From Antedon mediterranea (Eukaryota > Animalia > Echinodermata): DNA of 64,000 nt. The translations under genes and the position numbers were made by a program. The notes under the pieces are model-generated. The model searched no databases. It was not told the DNA's origin and saw only the letters and a list, made by a program, of their open reading frames with translations. Shown piece after piece: positions 1-13,499 of this stretch. The first letter of the stretch is position 1, and each line of letters starts with the position of its first letter. The DNA is taken from assembly GCF_964355755.1 (NCBI RefSeq), contig NC_092678.1, forward strand, positions 13,080,352 to 13,144,351, written 5' to 3'.

Positions 1-53
1 GGTACCTTCTCTTCTTATTATTGAGTATTGTTTGAAATAATTTACTTTCTCAG

Positions 54-167
54 GCGTTGGTGTTACACACTATTTGGTTAGATCACCTGATTATGGCTTA
101 TTCGTTTGTTTCAATATTGAAGGCTACCCAGGCGATGTTTATCGTTTGATTCAAGATCCTAAACAAG
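54..167 (+). CDS. ITIH-like gene, internal exon (start of ITI heavy-chain C-terminal domain)
   Basis: Polypyrimidine...cag acceptor (51-53) and gt donor (168-169), phase 1/1. Translates GVGVTHYLVRSPDYGLFVCFNIEGYPGDVYRLIQDPKQ, matching the ITIH motif 'LCFNID..PG.VL.LIQDP..G'. Splices in frame to the exon at 1760. Confidence 0.85.
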
Positions 168-1759
168 GTGTGTTAAATTCATAAACTAAACTCATTGAAG
201 CATATATAGGAAAGCCTATTTGTAACATACTAATTCATCATGATGTAGTGTAAGTAGTGACATACTGTATATCTGACCTGTAATGATATCTCGGTCTGGT
301 ATATTCTGAAAATTCCTTTTTATCTTATTTTATTATTCATTACCTTTAACATTACCGCATAGATATCACTAATTATGATTACATTCAATGTCAACTAGAG
401 TAATAAGGAATGAATTATCTTTAAAATTTACAAATTAAAGTAATGACAAACATATTAATTTTATTTGAAGAGAACTGAATGAACGATATTTGCTACAAAA
501 AAATCGATCATATGCCTACTCTCCAAAGATCCTTAATTATAATACTGTATAAAGAAACTAACCTTGCACATCGGACAATCCTTCTTGGATATTAAGAGAA
601 TGGAGATAGCAATACTTAATAGAGGGAAGATCGGACCTGCTTTGGAGTCGGGATGATTTGGGGAGATGAATGGGAAAATCAGACGAATGCAAAACTTTCG
701 GTGGTATGCTCTTAGTGTTTGAAAAGTAAAAGTGGCATCTTATCATACATGACATTGATTATGCTTATTTAAATGATTGGTTTTCTTCTTACTCTATTGA
801 CATTGACCAGAATCTCGAATGAAATTAGGCAATACACTGTGATATCTATGCATTAATGCTATTGAAAAAAAAAGAATATTCAGAATAAAACCAGACCAGG
901 ACGGGTCAGATACAGAATGCCACTGAAATCAATTATGATGGTATACTAGAAGTTGTAATGTTGTCGAAGAGGTCAAAATATTATTGTCCAGGATTAATTA
1001 AAACAATGGATATAAATTAGTTAAATAAAGAGGCAATAATTAACAAATCGTATGGGCACCGTGTTATAAAAAAAAATTCACAAGTTCGATAACATTATGA
1101 CGAATCGTACTTTATTTTGGAATGCCATTTTTTTTGTCATTTTTAAACATTTTAGTTTATATTTAGATTTTGTATATGTTATGCATTTCATTGTATCTTT
1201 TATTGTAAACTTAACTTCAATTATGCTATAAACATTACTATAGGTTTACGTTTCATAGCTTTATTATATTTGTTTACGGTCGTTAACGGCGTATAAGTAA
1301 TTTCGGTCACGCTTCGTCACATTCGCGGCAAACAATTTACGACATGAGGTGGGTAAAAATTGCGTATAAAAGTATAATGTTCTCGTTAAATTCCAGATTT
1401 TAAACGATGCAAGTTAAAAAAATGTGGCACACTCAAGCGAAATCAGACATTGGTTTGAATTTTCAAAAATTGATATTTTCACAAATACTGAAACAATGAA
1501 ATATAATTGAACTATTCTTCGAACAGATTGGTTTTTACATGGTGCTTTATTGAGTTTAATAAACTCAACAAGCAGTTGACTAGATGTTACACATACTGTA
1601 CAACAATCCCACGGATTTCTTTCTAACCCCTTGAGTTATGTCACTGTATACAAAAACAGCGCTCATTGTTTCTGTCAACAATGACGAATACTGTCATCAT
1701 AAAAACGCAATATTAATGTATGTGCTTAAATTACAAAGATAATTATTTTGTTTTTATAG

Positions 1760-2116
1760 GAATCAACGTCAAGGGTGAGCTTAGTGTCACCCCTTATTAC
1801 TTAAATGCAGAGAAGAGTAAACTTCCGTTTTTGAGAAAAATAAATGTTGAGTATAGAAATTCAACGATAGTCGTAACACCGTCATATATGAAAGTGGAAG
1901 ACGTTGTCCTCTTTTGGCAAAACATCCATTGGCGGGGTGACCAACATTTATCACTAACCGTAACAAATGACAAAGTTCGGGTAATGATTGGTACAGATAT
2001 TACATTGATTGTAATGCGGCATAGGTATCCACGTGGAAGCTCTAATCAAGTGTATTACTTGGGATTATATGTGGAAGTTGGAAGAGGTTTCTCCGATGAA
2101 GTACATGGCTTAATTG
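1760..2116 (+). CDS. ITIH-like gene, penultimate exon
   Basis: tttttatag acceptor and gtaag donor at 2117. Translates GINVKGEL...LIVMRHRY...YLGLYVEVGRGFSDEVHGLI, matching ITIH C-terminal 'VNGQL...H...FLGFY.....FS..VHGLLG'. The track ORF 1720-2202 over-reads into both introns. Confidence 0.9.
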
Positions 2117-2443
2117 GTAAGACTGTATTATGTTATGGGCGTACTGTGGAGTACTGGCTAAAATGTATTAGTAATTCAATGGTTTGCCAACACATGTGTT
2201 GATATGTTTTGCGTGTCTTAAGTATTGTACCTTTTGTCCTTTATTGTTTGTAATGTCTCAGCATTACTGTATAAAAAGTGTTTGCTCTTATGGTCGCACT
2301 CATATGCGTTTGCTATGTATTTTTTATGTATTATTTTATTGCGAAATAAATTGATACCTTGATACACTAATACCTTGTATGCTACTAATAACATATATTA
2401 ATTAAAAAATATATATAACCTTGAAAATTCCACCTATATTTAA

Positions 2444-3037
2444 AGGCCAGGTACGGGCAAAACATTTCTATTGATCATACATTCCAATAATTATCGATCT
2501 ATAGTTTTCCCTATGTTTCACAATTGTTGGGATTTTATTTGTGTTACACCAGCTTGTTGAAAATAAGCACTTTCTTATCAGTGGGGGGATAGTTCAAATT
2601 ACACAGTAAAATCTCTATTCTTTTGTACACAAATTGTGTAAATAGAGAGGCCTTTTAAAAAGCTATGAAAAATAAACAATGTGGTAAAAAATGTTATCAG
2701 ATGACTAAATATAGGTAATATAACTTGAATATTACATTTCCGGTATTTTTATGCAACTTCAGATTTTTATTTTCATGCTATAGCAAAAATTATCCATCGT
2801 ATATCCACCATCTTTTTTCACCTTCTAAGGAGTCACCAGACATGTTATTACATTAGGTTAACTACCTAACTACTGAAAAAAAGTCGTCATGGTTTTTATG
2901 GAAGAATTTTGCCAAATTTTGTATTTGACCATATTATGGGGAATTCATTTTTTTTCGTCTTTATTTCTGTTACAAATATTTGATTTATGTACAATTAACC
3001 AAATATTATATTTAAAATTCGTGCCTGTACCTGAGCT
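2444..3037. mobile_element. Non-autonomous DNA transposon with TTAA target duplication (Kolobok-like MITE) in ITIH intron
   Basis: ttaa|AGGCCAGGTACGGGCA ... TGCCTGTACCTGAGCT|ttaa: imperfect 16-bp TIR with AG..CT ends. One end recurs inverted at ~38195-38390. Confidence 0.7.
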
Positions 3038-3164
3038 TTAATATTTCATGATATTCTATTTGAGTCACATGAATATCGTTCTTACCTCCTAAAACATTAT
3101 AGATCATGTTCATGTACACTGTTTTCACAGTTTACTTAACTTTCTGTACTTTTGTCATTCACAG

Positions 3165-3382
3165 GACAATTTTATAGAAGAAATCGTCATATACAGCTTA
3201 CTGACCTAAATTTCGATCAATCAATAAAGGGCACAATACATGTGAATTCTCGTCAAGTTCCAGGGACACTGAAATATGCTGACGAACCTTGGCCTGGTAC
3301 AATACAAACTCGGTGTTGGTTTGCAGACAATAACGGAATGGGCCTAATAGACGGCTGGCACGGAGACTACCTGAATGTGTAA
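3165..3382 (+). CDS. ITIH-like gene, terminal exon with stop
   Basis: cattcacag acceptor; the join reconstitutes HGLIG|QF. Ends CWFADNNGMGLIDGWHGDYLNV*, matching ITIH 'CWFVHNNG.GLIDG.H.DY.V'. AATAAA near 3675 is a candidate polyA signal. Confidence 0.9.
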
Positions 3383-5069
3383 ATCGAATAGCAAGATTTG
3401 ACAATGCGATTCAATATTAGAAATTATCATATTAAACATTATAAAAAAAGATTAGTTAATTTTTTAAACGCAGTAGCCACCGATAGTTATATCGTTCTTA
3501 AAATGAAATGAATATTGTAAATTGTTCATTGAAACTACAATGAAAGTATACAGATACATTGATGGAGGGTAGCCTACATGATTACCTGCCGGGTTTGAAT
3601 ATTTTCCCAAAAGCAAGAAGATATGGGCCTACAAGATGTGATCAAAGCTCATTTTTTAGGACAATACACTTTCAAATAAATACATGATACGATAGTACAT
3701 AATATTATGCGCTGTCTGCATCACAGCATCACCTACATAACCGGTAACCATACGTGTTTGCATATTTACTGTTTTTCTTAAATTCCTAATAGCATAAACC
3801 TACATTCGTTATACAATATTTGTACTATAATGAAGCATATCACTGTCTTAAAAAGAAGCCCAAAGGTTTCAATTCGAGGGCCACCTATTTTCGAGATTGC
3901 ATCTTTTTAAGATTCTTTTCGATTTCGATATTGCACTCTAGATTCTACTTTATATTAATTGCGTTTTGTAATCTATAATAAAACTAACCAACGATGAACT
4001 GAATACGATTTTATTATATTCTGCTTCTACATAATTTAATCATCGTATCTATGTTGTATACTTTTCTTAAGACAAATTATTACGATAATAATATATTATT
4101 CTGGTAATGATTATCTGCATCCATAATCAAAAAACCTCAGCAAAATATACAATGTTTACGATCGAGCATAAATTAATTAGTCTGTAGTACAGTGGCAAAC
4201 CTAAATGATAATAATAAAAGATATCTTATTTTTTTAAACGTAAACACAAACAAAATTAATAGTTTTAGCCAGGTGAATAATTAGGGAAATGATAAACTGA
4301 TTTGCAGCAGTCAATAAGTAGATCTTAACTAACAACCTTATTGTTTCTTACTAGTGATGGGATCACTAGATGATACACATAGTCTCGCATCTAGTGTTGC
4401 GTCTGGCCAGATGAAAGGGGCTACCTGTACATTTGTAGATGTTGTTGAAGGCATGGTGTGAAGGGACTTCAATCTACTGTACATGTCTTGAACTTTTTTG
4501 ATGTTGCACATACTTTTGTGTTATTTTCCTGTGCTTGGAGAATGACTGAGGTTGACGAAGGATTCTGGTGGTGAGAGGATGCATTACCCATACGGGGAAT
4601 GCATCCTCTCACCTACTGATTTTGATTTTGATGTTGTAAGTGAAAGTTGGGATAGTGTCTCTACTCGGTGTCACATTGGTCATATTGTAGTGGCGTCGAT
4701 GTTTTTTAGTCAAATAGTGCATCTATCAGTCTGACGGCTTAGTTTTATCAACTGTAAACTCGTCCTAAATATTAAAAACCTAATCCTCTAAATAATCTCT
4801 CTCAAACTCAAAAAAATATTTTAAAAAAATTGTCAAGTAGAGAATCGATATAGCCTCAATACAAGCCTACTGAGTCATCTAGCTCGTCGATCCAATTGGA
4901 TGTTACTTTGTATGTGAACGAATAAAACATACATATAACTGCACAAACAAGTTTCTTGCAAATGCGGAATATAATTGTTCTCCGACTTGATCCGATTTAC
5001 AAAGATATGCCTGGATAACATGTGCAGCGATAGGTATACACTATATCAATTACTACTGTACTACAGCTT

Positions 5070-5220
5070 TAGGCTTCTAAGTAAGCCTTGGTACATCTAC
5101 CACTTATATAGGCTTCTAAGTAAGCCTTGGTACATCTACCACTTCTATAGGCTTCTAGATAAGCCTTGGTACATCTACCACTTCTATATGCTAGGCCAGC
5201 TGAGGCTTCTAAATAAGCTT
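5070..5220. repeat. 39-bp minisatellite, ~3-4 copies
   Basis: Repeated taggcttctaagtaagccttggtacatctaccactt(a/c)ta; explains the repetitive ORF 4975-5301. Confidence 0.85.
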
Positions 5221-7375
5221 TTTGTGCTTGCTAGGTCCTTACCCAACAAGCCTAACTATCCAACTGCCAGCCACAGCCCAAGCAAGCTATGCCCTCATTA
5301 GCATAACCCATATGGTTGGTCACCTGTTCACTTGACACCCTTCAGTGAACACAAGCACAGTATACCTAGCTTGGATTTGGCACTTACATACCCACCCACA
5401 ATTGCGCATTGCACAATTCTACATATAATTACAATGAAAGTGTAAAATCCAAGCCTATAATACAAATTATCCATCAACAATATTGACTATAATGTTAAAC
5501 AACAATGTATATAAGTAGCGACAAAATAAAATTAAATATAAAGTCCATTTAAAGTTTCTTAAGTTTTCTGTGTTTCCTTCTTTTGTTTTGTTCAATTCAG
5601 AATAACATAGACAACGCCTCGGATTTACTTTTCCGGATTATCATTCTCCAACAGCAAACATAGTTTACGCACAGGCCTTGTCAGGATACTTGCATGTGTC
5701 TTTACCTTTACTTGCCACATTCAATTCACCAGGGAAAAAAAGTAGTGAGCCCTCTATCGGCAGCGAATCGTTTTTGCACACGAGACAGTGTGAACAATTA
5801 CCCGGAAGCAACTTTGTTTAAAAAAATAAATATTAAGTTTTTGCAAACTGGCCAATTGGAACTTTTGGTTTTATTTACTAATGAATAATTCATGAAAACC
5901 TTTGACACAGCATCTACGAACCACGTGATATTGTTTTTTTATCGACAAAGCCATTATATCTGTGTCAAACAAGGGTGAATTACACCGATGTTTTTTAAAC
6001 AATTTTAGGGTATTCGAATGTTAAAATTTCGTCTAATTTGTTGAGGCTGTAATAAAACAACCTAATTTTTTGAGAAGGTGGGTTTTATATTTTCTGGATA
6101 TTTAATTTTTCAATAGTAGTTAATAAAAAAATCTCGTTGGTGTTATTTTTTATTTTTTTTTAATGGCTGCTTAAACATGTGCCTTTTTGGTTATTTTACT
6201 GCTGAAAATGGAACACATGGTTGTAGCTAAAATCATTTTTTTACACCATAGGATTAAAAATGTTGCTTTTTAAAATAATAAGAACGTTATATAATATATA
6301 GGAAAGATGTTTTTAATCATAAAACTTTACAAAGCCTCTTTTATTTTATTTAAAAATCAATATAGTCTAGGCCTAGTTTACTAGGCTTTAGCCTGTTACT
6401 ATAGTGGAGTAGTGCGTGTATTGTTGGCGCGTGTTCATTGTCGGGCGCGCGTATTTATAGGCCTAGGCCTAAGGAAATAAAAATAAATGATTACAAATAT
6501 AACTAAATAATGATTATTATTAATTTAATGTTGTTTTTTTTTTACAGATCACAGAGGGATGTTCTTATGGTGTCTGCATACTTCAATACAATAGAAATAG
6601 CATTAATCAACAACAATTTCTCATTAATTTACCGGCATATGTGAACAACACATACAGTATTTTATGGATATCTACAGATTTTTATTGCCAAAGGACATTT
6701 AATTTTTTTAAACTTGATATTTTCCTAATTTACTTATATAAAGGTTCAAGCGGAGGTTTGTTGTTGTGCGGTAATTGTTTAAATGTTTAAATGTGATTTC
6801 CAAATCGGCAATAAATAATCATTATAAATATAAATAGAAAAAGGCCTAGGCCTAGTACAAAAGATGTTAATTTGATGTACAAAACTTGTTGTCTAATTTG
6901 TGATAATATTAAAGGTTTTATGTTAAATGGTGTGTATTTCATTTATTGCTGCTCCATTATTATAATAAAAAGAAGGGAATCGTCAAATGTCATTAATTAT
7001 TTAGCCCCAAGAATGTATTGATTTTATAGTATTTTACCAATTTAAACAGTCCAGGCCTAGCTTGCAGACAGTCCCCCCCCCCCACCCACTCCTTAATAAT
7101 TTTAAGATATATACTGTTTCGTATGTTTTCCATCGTTTCCCACCCTCGTGAAACCATTGTAAGGCGTTCCATGCGATACAATGTCAAATTGTTGGCTTCA
7201 ATACACATATCTGCGGCATTTTAGGTCATTAGCTGATATTGCGCTACGAAAGTATTAAGAGTGTCCCGTTAAAGCTATAGTCGTGTACAGCGCAACCTAC
7301 CGGTGGTGGTTCCGGGGACATTGCGTCTCGATACATCTAGACTCGTATCTAGATGACTGTCAGCTGCCACTATTT

Positions 7376-7830
7376 TTAGTCGCGTGGACGCGACTCTATA
7401 GTTCACTATGTCGGTCGGTCTGTCTGTCTGTCGGTCTGTCTGTCTGTCGGTCCGGTATCACTATGCATGTTATCGCTTTCTGACCTTATCTTGATATCAG
7501 TTTAATCTAGCTAAGTCAATTTTTCATAGTATATTCCTTATGGCCAGGAATCGATGTGGTTATGTTTTCACGGTGCGCAATAAAAAATTACGCGGTCTAC
7601 GCACGATTTAACGAAATCACGTTTGTAATCATATCTTCACAACCATGAATCACAATTAAATAAAATTTGGTACTCATAATTTCAGGGCATAAATCATCAT
7701 ATGGTAATACAATTACGTGCGTATTTTCAAAATTATTTTCGATGAAATAAGAGTACGTTTCAGCAGGTATAGTATGTAGTTGTTTTTTGATAACAGAGAA
7801 CTATCACTTATGCCATCCTCGTATATAATT
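7376..7830 (+). mobile_element. 5' end of Helentron/HINE (DINE-1-like) element
   Basis: T-run, hairpin AGTCGCGT-gg-ACGCGACT (7378-7395), then a (GTCT/GTCG)n microsatellite. This is the canonical HINE 5' layout. Confidence 0.65.
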
Positions 7831-8239
7831 AATTTCGTACGGAAAATACATTTAATTGATTATATCATTAGGTAGAGTATCATTCTTATAATTAATTATC
7901 AGTAATATATATAATATTTTAAATGTTAGGGATATATTTTAAAATAACTATAAATAGATATATAATTACACAAACTCAAGATGTTCTTTTCTGCCTGAAA
8001 CCTAGGCCCTAGGCCTCCTCCTCCTCTCTCTGCTCTCACTTCGTTCGTTTCGCTACCTGATCCGTGCAGGCCTAGGCCTAGGCTAGACTGGATATTATGA
8101 TTACAAGCCAAAAAGGTAGATTTAGAAGCATATTTTATTGATTACCCATCATCAGTGTCACCCTTAACAGATAGTTAAGCTATATTTGTAGGTCATAGCT
8201 TATTTCAGACAATATTTTAGCCTCCAAAAAGGGCAGATT

Positions 8240-8810
8240 AGATTAGGCCTATTCTTCTACTCTTAGTTAGGTAGGGCCTAGCTAGCTAGGCCTAGGCTAG
8301 CCTAGGCCTAGCTAGGCTAGCATCTCTCTACTCTAGCTAGTAGTTTAGGCCTAGGTAGGCCTATAGCCTAGGCCCTAGCTAGGCCTACTAGGGCTAGCCT
8401 AGTCTGGCTAGGCCTAAAAAATAGAAAGAAGTAGTAGGCTACTACTACTACTGTAGCTAGGCTAGGCCCACCTGGTTAGGCCCTACTAGGGAACTGGTAG
8501 GCTAGCTAGCTGGGCCTACTTACTTAGTATACTAGCTCATAAGTAGCTAGGCCTAGGCTGCCTAACTAGCTAGCTCTATGTATTCTAGTTAGGGCCTAGG
8601 CCTAGACTAGTTCATTATGCCTTAGTTTAGGCTGATTAGGCCTGCCTAGTCCTAGTTAAATAAATAGGCATATAACCAGACTCAGTCTAAACACTCTACT
8701 AGGCCTATCTATATGAGACCTGTGCTATTAATTATAGGCCTAGGCCTTGCTAGCTAGCCAGCAGAATGGTCTAGAGAGGCATAGGCCTAGCTAGGGATAG
8801 CTGGGGGGTC
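8240..8810. repeat. Low-complexity CTAG/AGGCCT palindrome-rich tract
   Basis: Dense overlapping taggccta/ctagctag motifs without a fixed period. Confidence 0.7.
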
Positions 8811-8819
8811 ATAGACAGC

Positions 8820-9240
8820 CTATCTATATAAGTCACCGTACACCACTCTAAATGAGTGGTGCAAGAGGCTGGTGGGCCGGTCGTGGCCCTCTATTAGCCC
8901 CCCTCGTCTTCTGAAATTTTCTTTTAAATAGTATGGTTGTGTCAACTTCTACTGTACTGGCAGGGAGAGCATTCCATGAATTTACGACTCGTTGGGTAAA
9001 AAAATGACTACGGCAATTTAATCGAGCATTATTCTTTTTCAATTTATGTTTATGACCCCTAGTGGCGGTATATTCAGACTTTTGAAAAAGTAAAAAAATA
9101 TCAATAGCCTCTTTGTTAGAAAGAAAATTATATGTTTGAATCATGTCCCCTCTGTGTCGTCTTTCTTCTAAGGTTGTTAAATTAAAAACTTTTAACCTAT
9201 CTGCATAGGGCATGCCATGCAAACTAGGTGGTAGCCTAGT
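8820..9240 (-). mobile_element. 5'-truncated CR1-type LINE, ORF2 C-terminus and 3' end
   Basis: ORF 8848-9222 has LTTLEERRHRGDMIQTY, TRGHKHKL and RSHFFTQRVVNSWNALP, the typical CR1 ORF2 tail motifs. Confidence 0.85.
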
Positions 9241-10207
9241 TGCTCTCCTCTGAACTTTTTCTAATAAAAGAACGTCTTCCCTTAGTTGAGGAGACCATGC
9301 CTAATAAATTATTAGATAGGTAGGTAGGAGTATTAAGATTCATCAGTGTGTAAGTTGATTTCATTGCTAATGCCAAGGTATTAGACCTGTTTATTTTCAG
9401 GTTGAGAGCAATGGATAAACAGAGATTCAATTCTACAACAAAAGAGACAAAAGTCAAACTCAAACTGATAATTAACAATGTTTCCAGTTAATTAATGTTA
9501 ATTATTTTAATAGATTGTAGTGACCCTAACTACCTTACTGTTTGTGTATGGCTGTAATATTATATTAAATGTCATCACAATTAGTAAGGTTGTGAGGCTT
9601 CACAATTTCAAACAACTCTTCTTGTGTCTCTTCTTCATGTGGATGGATTAAAAAATACTGTGAGTATTGTACACTCTTTATATGAATATATCATCAATCA
9701 CAATATCAAATATGATCCGTGTAGTCAAAATTTGATAACTTAGCATGCATCTTTTAATATCTACATCATCAATAATTAATATTAATATAAATCTACATCA
9801 CAATGTTGGATATGATCTTTGTAGTCGAAATTTGATAACTGAGCACGCATCTTTTAATAACTACCTTATCAATAACTATTAATAATGTCCTATATCACAA
9901 TGTAGGATATGATCAGTGTTAGTCATAATTTGATAACTGAGCACGCATCTTTTAATATCTACCTCATCAATAATTAATATTAATATCATAATATATCACA
10001 TTGTTCGATATGATCAGTGTAGTCAGAATTTGATAACTGAGCACGCATCTTTTAATATATACCTTATCAATGACTATTAATAATATCCTATATCACAATG
10101 TTGGATATGATTAGTGTAGTCATAATTTGATAACTGAGCACGCATCTTTCAATATCTATATCCTTCATCAATAATTATTATTAATAATTTATATCACATT
10201 GTTGGAT

Positions 10208-11707
10208 CATGGATTAAAGAATAGAAGGATATGCATCGACGTGAGATCAAGGGTTCCTTGACTCTCGCCGACAGACCGCGGACCGCCCACAATGTTACAG
10301 TTTAATTAACCGCATGGTAACAACGAAACGGTCGCGTGCCTAATATATTGTTTACTGCACATGTGCAACGACATTTAACCGTGTTGACTACGCTTCTTTC
10401 GCGCGTTCTTTGTTGCACTGTATGTATTCATACATATTTGAACAGTATAATCAGTGGCGTAACGGATATGTGCGCTCACTGGCTAAACCGAAGCTTGGGG
10501 CCCATGAGCAGTGCCCAGAGGAACAGGCATAAAATATGTCGAAAATGCTAAAAACGTCCGAGGCCTCGATCTTTGAAACTTTTGGAGGGCCACTTAGGTT
10601 TCCTAAACAAGTGGCTTCAGGCCTCTGCCTCACGCCATTGAAAACAGTTATTAAATTACATTTTATGTTATTGTGAAGACCTTAGTGTAGGCCTACTTCA
10701 TCAATATACCAGATAAAAACAATACTATATTGTTATTGGCTTAGAATTGTAGATGCTATAATTGTAATTAGTATAGGTTTCTGCCGCGATTGATCTACGC
10801 TAATGTTTTTAGGCCTATGACATTAAAGTAGCATTTTATGACCTGTAGTAGCCCTACATCTGAGACAATAACTATTTATTTGTTGTCTCAGCCTACATGT
10901 AAAATTACAAAATCAGCAATACTAGGCCTAGGCTTACTAGTAAACCATATGATTTGCCGACATTGATACTGCCTAGGTAGGCCTAGGCTAATCTGCGTCG
11001 CTAGTGGGAACACGAATCGCAACTATACATAGCCAGCCAATCCCGGATCAGGGATCGCTGTTTTCATTCAATTAGACCCGGTGATTGGATGTGATGTGGA
11101 TGACATAACCACTAGCCAATCACCAGGCACTACAATTTAAATATAATCACATCGATAATTAAGGAGATTTATGAAGAAACCACTGCTTAGCCATATATTA
11201 AAAACACGATTGTTGTATGGGTGAACACCGGCCACGCTAACAACATACATGGTCAAATGCATAATTTAATATTCTATAGATTAACGCAATTTTTAATGAC
11301 AGAAGATGGCAGGCAAATAATGATAATTCAAATATAAAAATTGCATATTTTATTAATATTACCAACTACTTAAAATTACCAGTCGTAAGAAAGTGAACTT
11401 TTCGTAGTCCGATTGTGATGAAACTAAAACAGAATTATTCAGCAGTATATTTTTGTTGTCAATTAATCATCGACGCAGACATGTCAATAGAACATTCAGA
11501 CTGCGCATACGATTTCTACATGCTTACGTTTTGGTCTCAAAAAATGTAACAGTTGATTCGAAGCGTTTTACAGAGGGCCGCGGTTAGAGACACGGAGTTC
11601 AATGAGCGTGTTTGTTTGATTGGCAGCAGTGCTTTAGTATAGGCAAGCGCGTTGTAAAATCGTTTGATGTCACCGTCGATGCATATCCTTCTATTCTTTA
11701 ATCCATG
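10208..11707. mobile_element. Non-autonomous P-superfamily-like element (1500 bp)
   Basis: Perfect 34-bp TIR CATGGATTAAAGAATAGAAGGATATGCATCGACG (10208-10241 / 11674-11707) and a 7-bp TSD GTTGGAT (10201-10207 / 11708-11714). CAT termini and a 7-8 bp TSD fit P elements. No transposase ORF. Confidence 0.8.
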
Positions 11708-11783
11708 GTTGGATATGATCATTGTAGTCATAATTTGATAACTGAACAAAAATCTTTTAATATCTACATCATCATTAATTAAT

Positions 11784-12998
11784 ACTAGATTTGAACTCGT
11801 CACTACGGACGAGTTAGGTTATCCGCAGCGCAAAAGCCACGTGCACGTCATACGTTAAAATATTGCGCGCAGAAAAACGATTATGCCATTGAAAAAAATG
11901 TGAGTGCGCCCTCTATTTTGTGTCACGTCTAAGTATATACGGTATACACTATATACTGTATACGTACTACATACAGTGCAGAATAGGTGAAAATAAGTGA
12001 CCAAAGTTATAGACGCTTTTGGACATGATGACGTCATAACAATTTTAAAAATGGTAAATCAATCGAAAGATAATTGATTGACCTAGACAATATATAAAAA
12101 TGGGGGAAAATGGAATACGGATAAGTGGAGATGCGCTCTATTAAATGTGATGAGCTATGACGAAAGAGACAAAAATCCTATATTTGATATTCGTGTGGCC
12201 ATACGATGATGTCACAATGTCCGGTTAGCCAAATCGATGCATGATTTGATATCTACAACTCATCTACATTCAGAATATGTAATTTAAAAAAAGTTCACTA
12301 CGTAGTTTAGAATCTATGACTGTTTAAAAAAAGGCATAAATTTGACAAATTTTTGAACTTTTTCATCAAAAATGCGCGTAAATTATTTAATTCTACGTGC
12401 TCGTATGACGTGATTTTAAGTTGAAATTGTTTGAAAGTTGGTAAATTTACTAAAAAGACAGGAAAAACAAAAATCAAGCCAAAAAATGATGTTTTTGCGC
12501 TACGTGCGCACGCGCGCGTAAAAAAATTGCGCACGCGTGGGAATTTTTGAAATGCTCAAAATGACATGAAACGCGTAGAAAGTTGATTAGAAATTGATTT
12601 TTCGCCTTTTGAAATTTTAAACGCGCGTGCGCGCGTAACTTTTTGTGAAACATGCGATTTTTAATCCATAGAAAGTTTGCGCATTATATGACTTAAATGT
12701 TCACCAAGTTTCATTACAAAATGACTTTTGCATTTTAGTCTATGTTAAATATGCGAAATTCATAAAATTGCGCGTAGCTTACGCTGCGCGACTCTAAAGT
12801 AAAAAAACGAGCTGTCCTGCACTTCTACAGATAGAGGTAAATCTTCTGACAAAGTTATACGATGTAATGTTTATCAGAATTTGAGATACACGTGACACAA
12901 AATTCTGGGAAAGAAAGAAGAATAACATAGAAAAAAAAAAAAAAAAAAAAAAGATCCTGACAATAACAAGAGGTTATCCGCCAAGTGCGGATAACCAA
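11784..12998 (-). mobile_element. Complete non-autonomous Helentron (HINE)
   Basis: On the - strand: 5' hairpin GGTTATCCGC-N5-GCGGATAACC (12972-12996) followed by a T-rich tract. The 3' end has subTIR GCGGATAACC, hairpin AACTCGTC-N6-GACGAGTT and terminal CTAGT. Inserted without TSD into the A/T run of a satellite monomer. Confidence 0.8.
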
Positions 12999-13499
12999 TT
13001 AATAATATCACATTGTTCGATATGATCAGTGTAGTCATAATTTGATAACTAAGCACGCATCTTTTAATATCTACCTCATCAATAATTAATATTAATAATC
13101 TACAGTATATCACATTGTTCGATATGATCAGTGTAGTCATAATTTAATAACAGCACACATCTTTTAATATACCTTTCAATAACTATTATTAATATCCTAT
13201 TACTGAGCAATAATCTTTTAATATCTACATCATCATTAATTAATATTAATAATCTATATCACATTGTTGGATATGATCTGTTTAGTTTTTTAATATCTAC
13301 CTTTTCCATAACTATTAATAATATTCTATCACAATTTTGGATATGATCAGTGTAATCATAGTTTGAACTACCTCAACAATAATTAATATTAATTGTCTAT
13401 ATACCAATATCAAATATGATCAGTGTAGGCCTAGTCATTTGATAACTGAGCATGCATCATTTTATATCTGCTTCAAATATTAATATTGTCTTTATATAA

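Larger units (their letters stand above)
9670..13480 (-). repeat. Diverged 97-bp satellite monomers (reverse orientation), split by two insertions
   Basis: gatatgatcagtgtagtcataatttgataactgagcacgcatcttttaatatctacc units at 9670-10207, 11708-11783 and 13000-13480; reverse complement of the 17470-24420 array. Confidence 0.9.

Noticed and set aside
10452-10640. hAT-like mini element CAGTGGCGT...ACGCCATTG inside the P-like MITE
   Set aside because: Only a 9-bp imperfect inverted match, with no convincing 8-bp TSD.
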